A DNA stretch of 64,000 bases. Source: Neodothiora populina. Lineage: Eukaryota. Positions 33,801 to 47,142 of the stretch are shown here, in pieces; positions within the stretch are counted from its first letter, which is position 1; every line of letters begins with the position of its first letter. The notes under the pieces were generated by a model. The model ran no database searches, was not told the origin of the DNA, and saw only the letters and a list, made by a program, of their open reading frames with translations. The position numbers and the translations under genes were made by a program. The stretch lies in contig NW_027191404.1 in the NCBI RefSeq assembly GCF_041146345.1, positions 1,550,001 through 1,614,000 of the forward strand, written 5' to 3'.

Positions 33801-36800
33801 CGCTATCTACAAGCCGCGGAGATGCTCTGCGAGGAGTTCGACAAGGCCGAGATGCATTATGTTATTGCCATCGCCATGATGAAACACACGCCTTACGACA
33901 GGATAAACACAAGTTCAAAGGCCCTCTTCGATCAAGCACGTCACATATGCAACGCAATCGAGGTCATCAAGAAGAGAAGGACAGGTTCTGTTGCGCCATT
34001 CCGTGATCTGCTATACCAAGCTGCTGAGACTGCTCGCGAGCAGGGAGCGCGGTCCATCTCACTTTTCTTCTTCCAGCACTGCCTGCTTCTCCTTCCGGAC
34101 GATCCTTGGGACTCCACGTTGCCAGATGTGTCTTATCAAGAGACATTGACGCTGCTCACTAACTCAGCGGCCGCATATTGGTATCTGGGCTACTTTGACG
34201 AGTCTGGCACCATCCTACAGGAAATCTTCCGTCATGCTAGAAGTCCTGCAGACAAGACACCAGGATTCATCATCCAAAGCCGAATGTACGCTCAGCAAGG
34301 TGACAGCAGAACAGCGTTCTTGAGTATGAAACGAGCACTGTTGGACCTAGGAATCTCAATTTCAGATACTACATGGGAGGAGTGTGATCAAGAGTTCCGC
34401 GAACTGCTGCCACTCATCAACGTCACCGACCGGGAACTTTTTGAAGTGCAAGAGTCGGAGATCGATCAGGACATGATCACCATCGGTGCAGTCATGGTCG
34501 AGATGCTGAGCGCAGCATATTGGTCGGACGGACTTCTTTTGTACTATCTCACCTTGAAGATTGTACGCTTATATCTGGAACGCGGGTTGTTTCCACAGCT
34601 CTCTGTTGGCTTTGTGTTCTTGGCAGCTATTGCAGCCACACGATTCGACATGATTGAGGAAGCTGTAGAACTAGGCAACACTGTATTGAAGCTTCTCGAC
34701 TGCTTTGATACAGATTCGTACACTTTAGGGAGAGGCCTGACTCTTCACGCTCTGTTCCTTGCGCACTTCACAACTGACATCAAGGACCAGCTACCGGCAT
34801 TAGAGAGAGGCATGGAGGCCACAGTCTTGGCAGGAGATCGAATATTACACCTGCTGAATTTGGGTGTAATGGCAGCTTACCAGCTATGGAGCTCTCACGA
34901 CTACCAGGAGATCGGGGCCTTCATCTCTTATCAGTATGAGGCCTTTCCAAATTGGCCCAAGGACCTCCGTGGGGGTGTCATCCTTCTATCTGTGCAGCAA
35001 TACATACACGCCATGCAGGGCAAAACTGGTTGGCGATCAGCGGATACGATACTCGATGACGAAAACCACAACGGCAAGGAGTACGTCAACTACATCGCAT
35101 CAAATGCAACAGCACCCGCTAGACCACGCTTCTTCTACGACAGTTACAGGATTGCTGCTCTCTTCCGATTCGGTCATTATAATGCTGCCCTCAAACTGGC
35201 GGACAGCGTCTGCGAGAACATTGACGACGTCTACTCGTTAAGACATCATTATTACGATTTGTTCTACGTAGCTATGTCGTTGATTGCCAAGATAAGGGAA
35301 GACACTACTGCGCCAGATGTCCAGAAACACCTTGCTCGTGTGCGCAAGTGTCACGCTAAGATCCAGCGGGCTGCTAGTATCCGGAGCATCAACTTCGATA
35401 ATTGGCTGGACCTGCTTGCTGCCGAAATAGCAGAGCTGGAAGAACGGTTCTCAGACGCAGTCCTGCTGTACGAAGCTGCCATTGACGGTGCTGTAGTTCG
35501 CGGCACAATGTCAGAAGAAGCGCTCGCCTGCGAGTTGTATGGCGAATTTCTCTCCCGCAGAGGATCCACCCGACCAGCCCGCAGCCTGATCAACGATGCC
35601 ATTGCTGTCTACCATAGACTGAGTGCATTGGGGAAAGCAGAGCATGTCACAGAGAAGCACGCTTTTCTTCTTCATGGCACGAAAAGCCTCATCACTGCGG
35701 ACGCGGGCACACAGACGACCGAAAATGAAGACATCTCATACAATCTCGCGCATAACGAAGCCAACCTTGCCGCCGAGACACCCGCCGATCGGACGCACAA
35801 CTACCTGACACGACAGGAGAAGGTACCACAGCACAGCCTTGAGAGCGATTTCGAATCATTCGCGGCAGTTGGGCTAGACATGATAGATCTTGCAAGCATT
35901 CTTGACTCCTCTCAGCTGCTGTCCTCGGAGCTGAAAGTCGAGAACCTTCTTTCCAAGTTGACCAACATAATCGTTGACTCGACAGGTGCAGGCTTGTGTG
36001 CCATTGCTATCAAGGAAGAAGATGTAGGATGGATTGTTGCCGCAGTCAGTGGTCCTGATAGTATTGCTGCCTTTCAGCAAAACGTCGGTCAGCCGGTCGA
36101 AAAGGCGAATGATCCAGTCGCGAAACAAGTCACGTTGTACGTGTTGCGTTTTCGAGAGGAGGTTTTCTGCCAGAACGTTCTCGATGACGAGCGGTTTGGC
36201 AATGTACCCGAGGAATGGCGGCGAGCGTATCCCGAGGGCAAAGCCATGATTGCACTTCCTATCTTTCATGGCAACGAGAGCACCATGCTCGGCTCCCTTT
36301 ACATCGAGGGTCTGCCAAACTCGTTCACACAGCGAAATCTCACCGTTCTTCGTCTACTCGTAAACCAAATTGCCATCTCGATTGCCAATGCTCTGCTGTT
36401 CAAGCGGCTCGAGAAGGTGTCTGCTTCGAACATATCAATGCTTGAGATCCAAAAGCAGGCACTTGCCCAGGCGCGGGACTCGGAGCGCAAAGCCAAGATC
36501 GCAGAGGCCAAGGCTATGGAGATGGTGAGACTGAAGGAGGAGGCGGCCAAAGCAAAGTCAATGTTCCTGGCGAATGTGTCGCACGAGCTTCGCACACCTT
36601 TGAATGGCGTGATAGGCATGTCGGAGTTGCTCAAGGGGACCACACTCAATAGCGAGCAAGCCGGGTTTGCAGACAGCATCCGCGTCTGCGCCGATACCTT
36701 GCTGTCCGTCATCAACGATATACTAGACTTCAGTAAGCTTGAAGCTGGCAAGATGCAGATGTTCAACGTCCAATTGTCGCTTGTGCAGACGATATCCGAG

Positions 36801-37957
36801 GTCGTCCGGGCGCTGAGCTATACGAATATGGAACGCAACCTGAAGACTTTGGAGCAGATCGAGATCGATCCCGGTCAATTGGTCATGGGCGATCCAGTTC
36901 GCTTACACCAGATTTTGATGAACCTGCTGAGCAATGCGTACAAGTTCACTGCCAAGGGCACTGTGACGATCAAGGCTGTCATTGATGAAGAAGACGATGA
37001 CGGCGTACTTGTGACATGCAGTGTGATTGACACAGGCATCGGCATATCAGAAGAACAGAGAAAGAAGCTGTTTCAGCCGTTCAGTCAGGCCGATAGTAGC
37101 ACCGCTCGAAGCTACGGTGGTACAGGCCTGGGTCTCTCGATTTGTAAAGCTATCATCGAGAATGTACTTGGCGGCCGGATCTGGCTCGAGAGCAATCCGG
37201 GCGTGGGTACTACAGTGTCTTTCCAACTTCGTTTCCAAAAGGTCAAGAAGAGTGCCGAAGTCACCACACAGGGCATGGCGGATCCCATGGCGATGTTTGG
37301 CTCGGGCACATCGTCACACACTGCTGGGGTGAATCTGACAAACATACCCAGAGAGTCACTAAGAATCTGTATCGCAGAAGACAACCCAATCAACCAAAAA
37401 ATTGCAATCAGCTTCGTGCAAAAGCTGGGTTTCAAGTGCGAAGCCTACGGAGACGGCCAACAGGCAGTGGATGCCCTGCTCAAAGCTAGCAAGGCAGGAG
37501 ACCCCTTTCATCTTGTGCTCATGGATGTTCAGATGCCTGTACTAGATGGATACCATGCTACACGCGAGATTCGTCGGCAGACGGATCCGGTGGTCCGTGA
37601 CGTACTTGTGATTGCAATGACTGCGTCTGCCATCCGCGGCGACCGGGAAAAGTGTCTCGAAGCAGGCATGAACAATTACCTCGCCAAGCCCGTCCGGTAT
37701 GTATCATGTAAGGTCTTTCAATGTACGACTAAGCTAACAGTGCTACCAGCGCCCATGTACTCAAGCAAATGCTCGAGGGATACCTCAATCAATTTCCAAA
37801 GGCGATGCCTGACCTTCAGCAAAAGGCAAACCAGCTCGCCAAGGAAATCATCAACGAGGTGAACGTACCTGATGGGACAGCAACATCGGCGACGACCACA
37901 ATGACGACAACGAACACGACAACGAACACGACACCGGCCAGAGCGCCGGGGTTATAG
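30809..37957 (+). CDS. Hybrid histidine kinase, group X type (kinase-like + AAA/P-loop + GAF + HisKA + HATPase + receiver); introns 30932-31067 and 37697-37749
   Basis: Kinase-like FIAPEQTGR/DIYSLG, Walker A GSAGLGKS, GAF region, H-box SHELRTPLNG, N/G boxes (NLLSNAYKFT, DTGIGI, GGTGLGL) and receiver LMDVQMP...YLAKP. Architecture matches Candida Chk1 and S. pombe Mak2/3-type kinases. Confidence 0.94.
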
Positions 37958-40900
37958 GGGTCGTGCTGTAATCGACGATGGGCTCACATGATGTAAAATA
38001 AAAGAAAAGCATCATACAAGGAGTAGTAGTAGTCTTTTTGTTTTTGTATCTGTCATGATGATGGATGATGATTGTTTGGTTTTTTTGTTTCTTTCCTACT
38101 GTTCAACATACCACAGGACAGGACACTCTGTTATACCAGGCGTTCACAAAGGATGTTTCGTTTTCGAAGGACTCGGGGTGGGGTTTGGCATAGAGAGCTT
38201 TTTTGTGTGTATGTGGTCACCAGCATCGGACACCTTTCAGCGAGAAGAGTGGGTTTTTTTCCGAGGGAATATTTACTGTCTATACTGAGGGAAGGGCGTG
38301 TTTCATGAAAGCTAGCCCAGATACCAAATAAATTGATGGTGTTGTTGCTGTCATTCGTCAGTGTTGTTAGATATCCCCCACTCAACCAGAACCGTTTTTG
38401 TATCCATACAGCTGGAAAACTCAAGCACTCTTCTTTCTGCTTCTCCCTTAAGTGAAAAGAAAGCCTGCTATCTTGATCACAGTACGATATCGTCTCATGT
38501 ACCCTGGTATACGTGGATGGGAAACACATCGTCCACAAGCCACATACCACGCAAATTTAAGTCTCACTCGACTCGAAACGTTTACAATGACGCCTGAATA
38601 CAGGTCACGACAACGATTGCCAAGGCGCCTGACAAACATGTTCTACCTGAGCAGCGTAGATGTTCTTGAGTCGTGTAAGCCCCGAGGCTGAGTAGAGACC
38701 GAGCAAAGCAGATGTTTCTCGTCGAATACAGTAGGTATTTTCCAAGTTTGTTCCGGCGTCGAAAAGCTCGAGGGAGACCCTGGTCAGGAGGAATCATGTT
38801 CATTTTCTGGTATTCGTTTCTGTAGCAGCATAGATATAGGGACTGTACATATATATACGCCTTAGAATCGAACCACCATCGCTCGGTGCAGTAAAGTCAG
38901 TGAGGTTTCTTGTTCTGATGTGTGGACTACTTCGACCACCCGGACTAGCTTTTGCAGGCGTGACATGGTGGTATGGTACACGGCCATTCGCACCAGCCAA
39001 CAGAAACGTGTCTTCCTATCCTGATATCCTTGCACTAGTCCAAAGTCGATCAAGACAAGCCAACCAGCCACACCTTGACAGACCAGCCAGTATTGCAGCA
39101 AGGCGATAGATACCAAGTACCCCAATGACCTCTCTGCCCGCACAAGAAACGGAACCCTAGCATTGAGTGTCAAATCCTTACACACGGGTTCCTGCATCGA
39201 TGGTCCATACTTGGTGTTCTGCATACATACATACTTGTGTCCTGTTCTGCATACTTTACCGTCTGGTGGTCACCGTACCCACTTACTTGCATAGCCTAGT
39301 CGTCCCCTTGTGGATGTTCGTACATGTCTCTGTATCGCATCGGATTGATTGTGCAGGCTACAAGTCTTCTGGTTCTTGGACTTTCTGTTCTGGGATCGAG
39401 CTGGAATGTCGAGATGGCTTATACATGTCGGCATCTGGACTTTTGGCCTAAGGGAGGTGGGTTCAGGGAAAGGGGGTTCGTGGTTCTGATACAGGATTTG
39501 TGAATTCTTGTATTAATCGGTAAGGAAAGCATCGTGCATATCGGTGTGCCTTATTCCTGCGGCGTTCCGTTGCTTTGTTGTTACCCTTTGCATCCATTAT
39601 GTTTGCGTCTAATCAAGGAAGAGAGAGAGAGATGAGGTAGGTAAGTAGGTAGATATAACGACAGGTACGTGATTTCTCGTCACCGCTATATATGTTCCTG
39701 TCCTTACCGGTATATTTTTGCTCAGTCTTGACAGAGAGTTCATAAGGAGTGGTGACTACAGGCTCCTGACCCTCATGGAAATCTTCTTTCTTAGACTGCT
39801 ATTCTGTCGTTCTTAGTAGAAGGGAAAGAAAGGAAGGAATAGACGTGACGTGACGTGTATTCCACTTCGCTTTCAATCGCTCAGTTCTGTGTATGTGAAT
39901 GTGTATGTGTATGTGTATCTCTATTTCTATGTGTCAATGTGGCGTACCTTAAGGAAGACACGCTGTATACACAGTGTATCTGTGTACCTTACCGCAAATA
40001 CCTAAATGCCCCTGTGCTACACCACACATCCTTCACACATGCTCTAACACACTCGACACAAAGAATGTCGCAGTGCGAAACCACGCTGTGATCGTTTTCC
40101 CTCTACTCTGTACCATCTCCTCATGAGCAACAACAGGAAGAACAAACCAAGATCAAGGACTGCTTAAGGGATCTGTCGGCAGTCTGGACATCCTCGCCCC
40201 TTCTTTAAGAAGCACTTGATTACTGTACACAAAGCAGGCAAACCTTGACACAACTCGATGAGACCCAACCAGATTTCTTCGGAGAAAGTCCTCTGTCCTC
40301 TGGCCTCTCGAAAGTCATGTCACTTGTCTTGACTCGACCAGGTATATGGATCCTGTAACAGAAGACGAAACCCAGAACGGCGATCGCTCGATTAGCAAGA
40401 CTCTAGTCACCATGTCCCCTTGATTTGGTCCAAAGTAGTACAGTAGTTCAGAATCAAAGAAAAACCGGATAAGAGGGTCCAAGACATCGAGTTCGTTCAT
40501 TCACCGACCATTCATTTGGTCTCTGTACCTGGATCCTGAACGCATCTGCTATGTCGTCTTGGAAGTGCGAGTCTGGCGGCTTTGGCGGTGTGTGAGAGAC
40601 AGGGACATATAGCATCTCGTCGTCGCGCAGAGGAGATGACAAATACCGCCTGATGTTGCCTTGTCTGGCTGTCGAGAAGGCAGCTCCCTATCCTCCTTAT
40701 GCCTGATTCTGGTGCACCAAGGACATGCCGAACGACGAAAAAGGGTCATGTTACGATGGCTTGAGCGGAACGGCCAGGAGAAAGTGGTGTGTAGCCGTAG
40801 CAGTGACAGTATCAAATCGGTAAATAAATGGATGGATCATTTGTGCAGATGACTTTGTCCAGTGGAGGAACATAAAAGACGAGGGGGATGCCTGCTCGAA

Positions 40901-41189
40901 CTCCCTGTTTTTGGCTACTGTATGCTTCTTGGATGTGGCATATTGGGTTCTGTGCATGCGCGATTTTTGCCAAAGACATCGAGTTAACAGAAAACATCAC
41001 CTCGCACGCATCAACCTCGACTGTTCCTCTCATCGTTGCCTCCCTCCTCTGCCTGCAGTGGAACGTCCGAGTACTTGTTCAATCCGTCATCTGTGACCTC
41101 TCTTGTCTCTCTGTCCTCGATCGATCGAGAGGCCCAAGTCATACCATACTTCCGTACCACAAGCGTAACCACAAGAAGCCGCCTCAACC

Positions 41190-42282
41190 ATGCGTCCTCC
41201 TCGCTCGTCCCAGACCATCGCCGCCATCACAACAGCTCTTCTTGTCCTGCTGCCGCGTCTCGTCTCCAGTGTAGACATCACCCGCGACCCCGAGCTCGTT
41301 GCGAAACTCCGGGCATCGGCCAGTAACCTCGACAGGAGAGCTTTGCTGGCCAATGATAGCGATTGGCTTTATGATTTTACGGTCTGTCTTTCCTTCTCCT
41401 GGCCGTGAAGTGAGGGATTTCGAGTAGCTGACTCAAAGGTCTAGCTTCAACGGACTTATACCTTTGCGCCTGGCGGCGTGTCGAATGCAAATGCTGCTAC
41501 GTTTCCCGCGACGGTTGGGCAGGGCATGACCAGTAAGTTTTCTTCTTTGCTTGTTACACTTACGGGAAACACCGGCCTACCTCTCACATGTTCACTGTCC
41601 CTCTCCGAAAAAAATCAGGTAGTTGTCGTACCCATATTATCAGACTTACCCCAAGAGAAAAAGTGGCCGTTCTGAACCTTGGACCCTGTTCCATGCTCCC
41701 AATGCACTGGCACCCTCGAGGCAGCAACTACGTCTACGCCGTGCACGGCACGACAGCAACCTACATGATCAACGAGAACTCATTCGGGGTCGTCAAGCAG
41801 GTTTTGACGCCTGGCAAGATGACGGTTTTTCCACAGGCTAGTTTGCATATGATGATGAATATTGGTTTGTCTTTTGCTCTTTCTTCATCTCCTGTCAAGC
41901 TGAAATGGAACGAAGGAGAGAACTAACAAAGCTGTCAGGTTGCACGAACGCGCAACTCGTCTCGGCGCTCAATACAGAAGACACGGGCACGACAAACCTG
42001 GCCACCGCATTGGCGCTGCTGTCTCCTGACCTCGTAAATGCCGCGTTGGGGTATCAGGACTTCCTTGGTGCTAGTGGCGGCAGTGGCAATTCGAGCGCGA
42101 CGGCCAAGATATGGCCTGTGGGTACGGGTTCGAATTGGGGACCGGAGGCTTGTAGGAAGGTTTGTGCTGGGAAGCAGAAGGTCGAGGATCAGACGGGGAG
42201 TTGTGGACCGCCTGCTCCTTCGGGTGACCGCGATAGTAGTGCGAATGACGAGAGCGAGTGGCTCTATACGTCAGAGTGGTGA
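41190..42282 (+). CDS. Secreted spherulin/germin-like cupin protein; introns 41382-41444, 41533-41663, 41865-41938
   Basis: Signal peptide, W-x-YDF, NANAATFPA, LGPCSMLPMHWHPR, YMINEN and FPQASLH motifs. Three GT-AG introns restore one frame. Confidence 0.85.
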
Positions 42283-42514
42283 GGCTCTTGTTTTATCTTT
42301 GTTGGATCTATTCTGGGACGTGGTTGATTCTTCGTCTGGAGATCCTAAGCAGAGAGGGAGGGACGGAAAGAAGAGGCGAACGATGCAAGAGTGCTTCGTG
42401 ACCATGTATCGGGGGTATCTCGCTGGACATGTTTTTGAAGATTCAAGCTTCATTCCTTCTCAGTGTATGCGTGGTTGTGGCCCATCGTCTTCCACAGTGG
42501 ATTCGCTCTATTCG

Positions 42515-44119
42515 TTAGTCTAAATCACTGAGCTCCGACTCTTCATCACTCGTCTCCTGCTTCTTCTTCCCGCCCTTTTTGCCTGCCTTTGCCTTGGCCC
42601 CGGCTTTGACTTTCTGCTTTTTCTCCTCCCTGCTATCAACCTGTTTCTGAATCCTCTCGCGTTCTGGCCGTCCTCTTTTTGACAACTTCTCTTCCAGCTC
42701 GGTAAACTCGTCGCTCGTGACATCGGTCCCCACAAGACCCTCAAGCATCTCGATCTCACCAGCCCAGATACCCCTGTCTTCTCGGTCTTTGCCCTTTTCG
42801 TCTTTGAGAATGTTGCCGTCGTCGTCGCGCACGTCTATGGGCGTTTCCAAGACCATTGGGAGATTGTGAAAGCGGGAGTCGTTGACGATGGCGTGGAATG
42901 CTCTCAGACCCAGAAAGCCAGTACCGATGTTGGCGTGTAAGTCTCGATTACTGGAAAATGGAGCTTTACTGTCGTTGAGATGCACAGCACGAAGATAGTT
43001 GAGGCCGACAATATCATCGAATTCAGAGAGGGTCTTGTCGAGGGCGGCGGGAGTGCGCAAATCGTAGCCACCAGCAAAGGCATGGCATGTGTCAAGACAG
43101 ACGCCGACGCGAGACTTGTCTTGGACATGAGCAATGATATCACGGAGATCTTCAAAGGTAGATCCCAGGACATTTCCGCCCGCGGCCATGTTTTCGAGGA
43201 GGGTGATTACGGTGGACGTTTCCTTGTGGGCGCGATTGAGGTTGCTGGCCAGATGTGCAATAGCTTCAGCTCGGTCTGTTGTAAGACAATTACCCGGGTG
43301 AAAATTGTAAAGACGAATCCCTAGTTTCTCGCAGCGCTTTATGTCGTCGAGGAATGAATCATAGGCTTGCTTTGTGCGATCTTTGTCCGTATGAGCGAGA
43401 TTGACCAGATAGGAGCCGTGGGGTACGACGTTCTTGTTTTGTTGGTAATCATGTTTCTTGCATTTATCCAAGAATATCGAGGCCACGCTATCTTCTAGCG
43501 GAGGGTTGGCCCATTTGCGCTGAGACTTCAAGAACAATGCAAAAGCGTTTGCACCAATATGAAGAGAGTTTGTGACGGCGTTTCCTACGCCTCCTGCAGC
43601 ACTGACGTGAGCTCCGATGATGACTTTGCAGAGAGGGTTTCTGCCTCGTAGAGGTTGCATTTCGGCTTCCTTTTCTTCCTTTGTCTTGCGTTTCTTGGGT
43701 GTCTTTTTTTCTGTGGCCGTCGTCGAGGGCTCTGCCTCCTCTTCTTTGACTACCTGTTCTTTCTTTGGTGCGGGGGCTTTTCTGGCCTTTTTCGCAGGAA
43801 GGATCTCTTCTTCTTCTCCTTCTTGTTCTGCAGCCTGAGGATCCGGATCCTTCCTGGCTCGTCGACTGCGCTTGGGTGAAGGTAGCTCCTGGGTCACCGA
43901 CTCTTCTTTCACCTGGGCTCCCTTGGTAACAGCAGTACCATTCTTGGCGCTGGCTATGACTGTCTTGTCCCGGGTCACGCGCTTGCGTTTTGTGCCTCTG
44001 CTGGCAGGAGCAGACACTGCAGTTTCTCCCTGGTCTGATTCTCGAATCACGGATGGCGGAGCAGAAGACAGATCGGACGAGTCTTGTCGAGAGGGTTTCT
44101 TGGGGATCCTGGGAGGCAT
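42515..44119 (-). CDS. APN1: Apurinic/apyrimidinic endonuclease (endonuclease IV family)
   Basis: IGAHVSAAGG, PHGSYLVNL, YNFHPG, LLENMA, GVCLDTCHAFAGGYD, HLNDSK, DLHANIG and LETP motifs. Confidence 0.96.
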   Translation of the reverse strand: MPPRIPKKPSRQDSSDLSSAPPSVIRESDQGETAVSAPASRGTKRKRVTRDKTVIASAKNGTAVTKGAQVKEESVTQELPSPKRSRRARKDPDPQAAEQEGEEEEILPAKKARKAPAPKKEQVVKEEEAEPSTTATEKKTPKKRKTKEEKEAEMQPLRGRNPLCKVIIGAHVSAAGGVGNAVTNSLHIGANAFALFLKSQRKWANPPLEDSVASIFLDKCKKHDYQQNKNVVPHGSYLVNLAHTDKDRTKQAYDSFLDDIKRCEKLGIRLYNFHPGNCLTTDRAEAIAHLASNLNRAHKETSTVITLLENMAAGGNVLGSTFEDLRDIIAHVQDKSRVGVCLDTCHAFAGGYDLRTPAALDKTLSEFDDIVGLNYLRAVHLNDSKAPFSSNRDLHANIGTGFLGLRAFHAIVNDSRFHNLPMVLETPIDVRDDDGNILKDEKGKDREDRGIWAGEIEMLEGLVGTDVTSDEFTELEEKLSKRGRPERERIQKQVDSREEKKQKVKAGAKAKAGKKGGKKKQETSDEESELSDLD

Positions 44120-44330
44120 CGCACAGTGTTTTGATGAGTATAAGGCTTGATCAGGACGTTGGGAGATGAGCAGCGTAAGAGAGTAATAAGAAGGTGGGTT
44201 CTTTCCGTTATTGGAAGTTGTAGAATACCTTAGGTAAATGGAAGGTATGACGTTGAGATGCCAGGGACGAGTGAAATGACGGGGAATCTGCCTCCGACCC
44301 CGACTCCGAAAAGCTTATCTCTGCATTGAT

Positions 44331-44344
44331 TCTTATCGATAAGA
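44331..44344. promoter_or_regulatory. Palindromic TCTTATCGATAAGA (GATA-like) element in the APN1/DIM1 divergent promoter
   Basis: Perfect 14-bp palindrome. A further CTTATC lies at 44314, and CTTATCG also occurs upstream of IMP3 (46255-46261). Confidence 0.45.
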
Positions 44345-44447
44345 CTGGCGGGCACTTTACAGTAGATTATTCTGTCCAGTCGTCTACTTTTTTTTCTTCC
44401 TTTTCAAAGCAATACTCAGACACACAAGACAACTACCAGAAAGAGCC

Positions 44448-45648
44448 ATGCCCAAATCAGCGAGGAAGAACAGCGCTGCTGTGTCAAAAGCCGATCCTTA
44501 CGCCGGAGCAGCGTCGCGCAAAAAGGGACATGCGGCGAATAATGTCTTCAAATTCAACACGGATCTGGGTCAACATATCCTCAAGAACCCGGGTGTTGCC
44601 CAGGCCATTGTCGACAAGGCAGACTTGAAGCAATCAGATGTACGACTCTGTCTTTTTTCCCCAAAGCCGCGAGACATGCACTGAGAATACAAAACAGATA
44701 GTCCTAGAAGTCGGACCTGGAACCGGCAACCTGACAGCCAAAATCCTCGAAAAAGCCAGAAAAGTCATCGCGTGCGAGGCCGACCCCCGAATGGCGGCAG
44801 AAGTAACAAAGCGTTTCCAAGGCACGCCGGCCGCGAACCGCCTCGAAGTCATCCTGGGCGACGTGCTCAAGCACCCTCAGCTGCCTTATTTCGACGTCTG
44901 CATATCCAACACGCCCTACCAGATTTCCTCACCCCTGACCTTTCGCCTGCTGGCTCTTTCACCTTCACCTCGCTCCTGCGTGCTCATGTTTCAGCGCGAG
45001 TTCGCCATGCGACTATTCGCCAAGCCGGGCGAGAAGCTTTACTCGCGACTGTCCGTCAACGCGCAAATGTGGGCCAAGATCTCGCACGTCATGAAGGTGG
45101 GAAAGAACAACTTCAACCCGCCGCCGCAGGTCGAGTCCAACGTCGTCAAGATCGTGCCCAAGGTGCCGCGGCCATCCATCAGCTACGATGAATGGGACGG
45201 TCTGTTGCGCATCTGCTTCGTGCGCAAGAATAGGACGCTCAGGAGTTCCTTCCTCGCCACCACGAGCGTCATGGACATGCTGGTGTCCAACTACAAGACG
45301 TGGTGCGCGCAGAATGATATCCTCATCGACGACACCCCTCTTTCCGCCGAGGAGACAACCAACGAAATGGGCATGGAAGACGACGAACCAGCGGACATGG
45401 ACGTTGATGAAGAAGAAAACGACGACGACATCCCCGACTTCTTCAAGGACGAATCGAAAAAGGCGGCGCCAAAAAACAACCCGAACCGCAAGAAGAAATC
45501 CCGCGTCACAGAACTCGTGCGCGCGAAAGTGCAAAAGGTGCTGGAAAAAGACACCGAGCTAGGCGAGAGGAGAGCGCGCCTGTGCGACGAGGGCGATTTC
45601 TTGAAGTTGCTGTTTTGCTTCAACTCGGAAGGCATTCATTTCAATTAG
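44448..45648 (+). CDS. DIM1: 18S rRNA dimethyladenosine transferase; intron 44640-44697
   Basis: [45 protein letters not shown] and YSRLSVNAQ motifs. Confidence 0.96.
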
Positions 45649-46473
45649 GTTTCTTGCTCAACTTCTCCTCGCTTTGGGTTCCTTGCCTGACCCCAGGACT
45701 CTGGACGTGGGAAAACAGGAAAGAGTAACGGAATTGTGGCATTGCCCTGGACGATTATCGTCGGGGGGTTTTCTTTCATCGCGGTGATTTATTGGCGTTT
45801 CTTGTTCGGAGCATGGCGTGGGTCGGAGTTATGTCGAGTCGCTGCAGTGACCAGGTAAAATTACCTCAGTAAAGCTGAACAGAGGAAACGAAAAGGAACG
45901 GCGGAGATGGGCAGGGATTTCGCAGATACGAGCATGTCTTCTATGTATATCCCAGAAAAGCCATCGTTCATGCTGAATAGAGATGAATCTTTTCCTCCGC
46001 ATGTTCGTGCACTTAGGTCTGAGTAATCGACTAGACCATTTCCATATGACCTTTTCTTCTCTCCTCTCCTTGATTATGGCCTCAACCACCCTCAACTTGT
46101 ACCTCTTGTTCAACAACCTATCTTTCTCTTACTTCTCCTCGATTTGTCTAACAGTCCACCTAGCTCCGTGAAATCTCTCGCGCCTAACTCGACTTGCGAG
46201 AAAGATGTCTATATATGAATCATGCGCTACCTCGTATCAAGCGTGACTGACTCGCTTATCGGAGATTGATCGATTTCTGACCACCAAAACCCCATCGACT
46301 TTATCCTCGACCCTGGGAACTTTTTGTCCCATCAAGACTGATTTCTCGCATTCGATCCGCCACAAAGTCCCATCAACGCCCGAGGCCGACGCCTTCGTCC
46401 CACTCACCCACACTCTCTCCAGCCAACCCGAACAAAGAGCACACCGCCGAGAACAGAACAAGAACCCGCGAAA

Positions 46474-47142
46474 ATGGTGCGCAAACTAAAGCACCACGAG
46501 CAGAAGCTGCTGCGCAAAGTCGACTTCACAAGCTACCCCTCGGACTCGAACCACCGCCAATCAGCCATCGTACGGCGGTACTCGGTATCCAACCCCTCGG
46601 ACTACACGTCGTACAACCGCCTATGCGGCCAGCTGCGCCAGCTAGCTCACAAACTGACCCTGCTGCCGCCGGAGTCCGCCTTCCGCCGCAAGCAAGAAGA
46701 CCTGCTGCTGGGCAAACTCTTCGATATGGGCATTCTGGGCACGGGCGGCAAGAGCGGCTTGGGGAAACTCAGTCATGTCGAGCATAAAGTCACCGTGTCG
46801 GCGTTTTGCAGGCGGCGCTTGGGCGTGGTTATGACGCGACTTCGTATGGCGGAGAACGTCACTGCTGCGAATAAGTTTATCGAGCAGGGCCATGTCCGGG
46901 TTGGCACCGAGGTTGTTACTGATTCGGCGTTCTTGGTCTCGAGGTTAGTGTCCTCTGATGCTGATGCTGCTGCTGCTGCTGCTGTTCTTTTGACAAGGGC
47001 ATGCATGCGAAAGAACGAGAGTGCTAATGTGTTACCGAGCAACAGGAATCTAGAGGACTTTGTCACCTGGGTCGACTCGTCCAAGATCAAGAGGAACATC
47101 ATGAAGTACCGCGACAAGCTCGACGACTTCGATCTGTTGTAA
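46474..47142 (+). CDS. IMP3: U3 snoRNP protein Imp3 (S4 domain); intron 46944-47045
   Basis: [37 protein letters not shown] and [14 protein letters not shown] motifs. In-frame 102-nt GTTAGT...GCTAAT...CAG intron. Confidence 0.95.
   Translation: MVRKLKHHEQKLLRKVDFTSYPSDSNHRQSAIVRRYSVSNPSDYTSYNRLCGQLRQLAHKLTLLPPESAFRRKQEDLLLGKLFDMGILGTGGKSGLGKLSHVEHKVTVSAFCRRRLGVVMTRLRMAENVTAANKFIEQGHVRVGTEVVTDSAFLVSRLVSSDADAAAAAAVLLTRACMRKNESANVLPSNRNLEDFVTWVDSSKIKRNIMKYRDKLDDFDLL

Noticed and set aside
37697..37862. C-terminus YVSCKVFQC... of the 2255-aa ORF
   Set aside because: Read-through into a canonical intron (37697-37749). The spliced form completes the receiver domain and ends at 37957.
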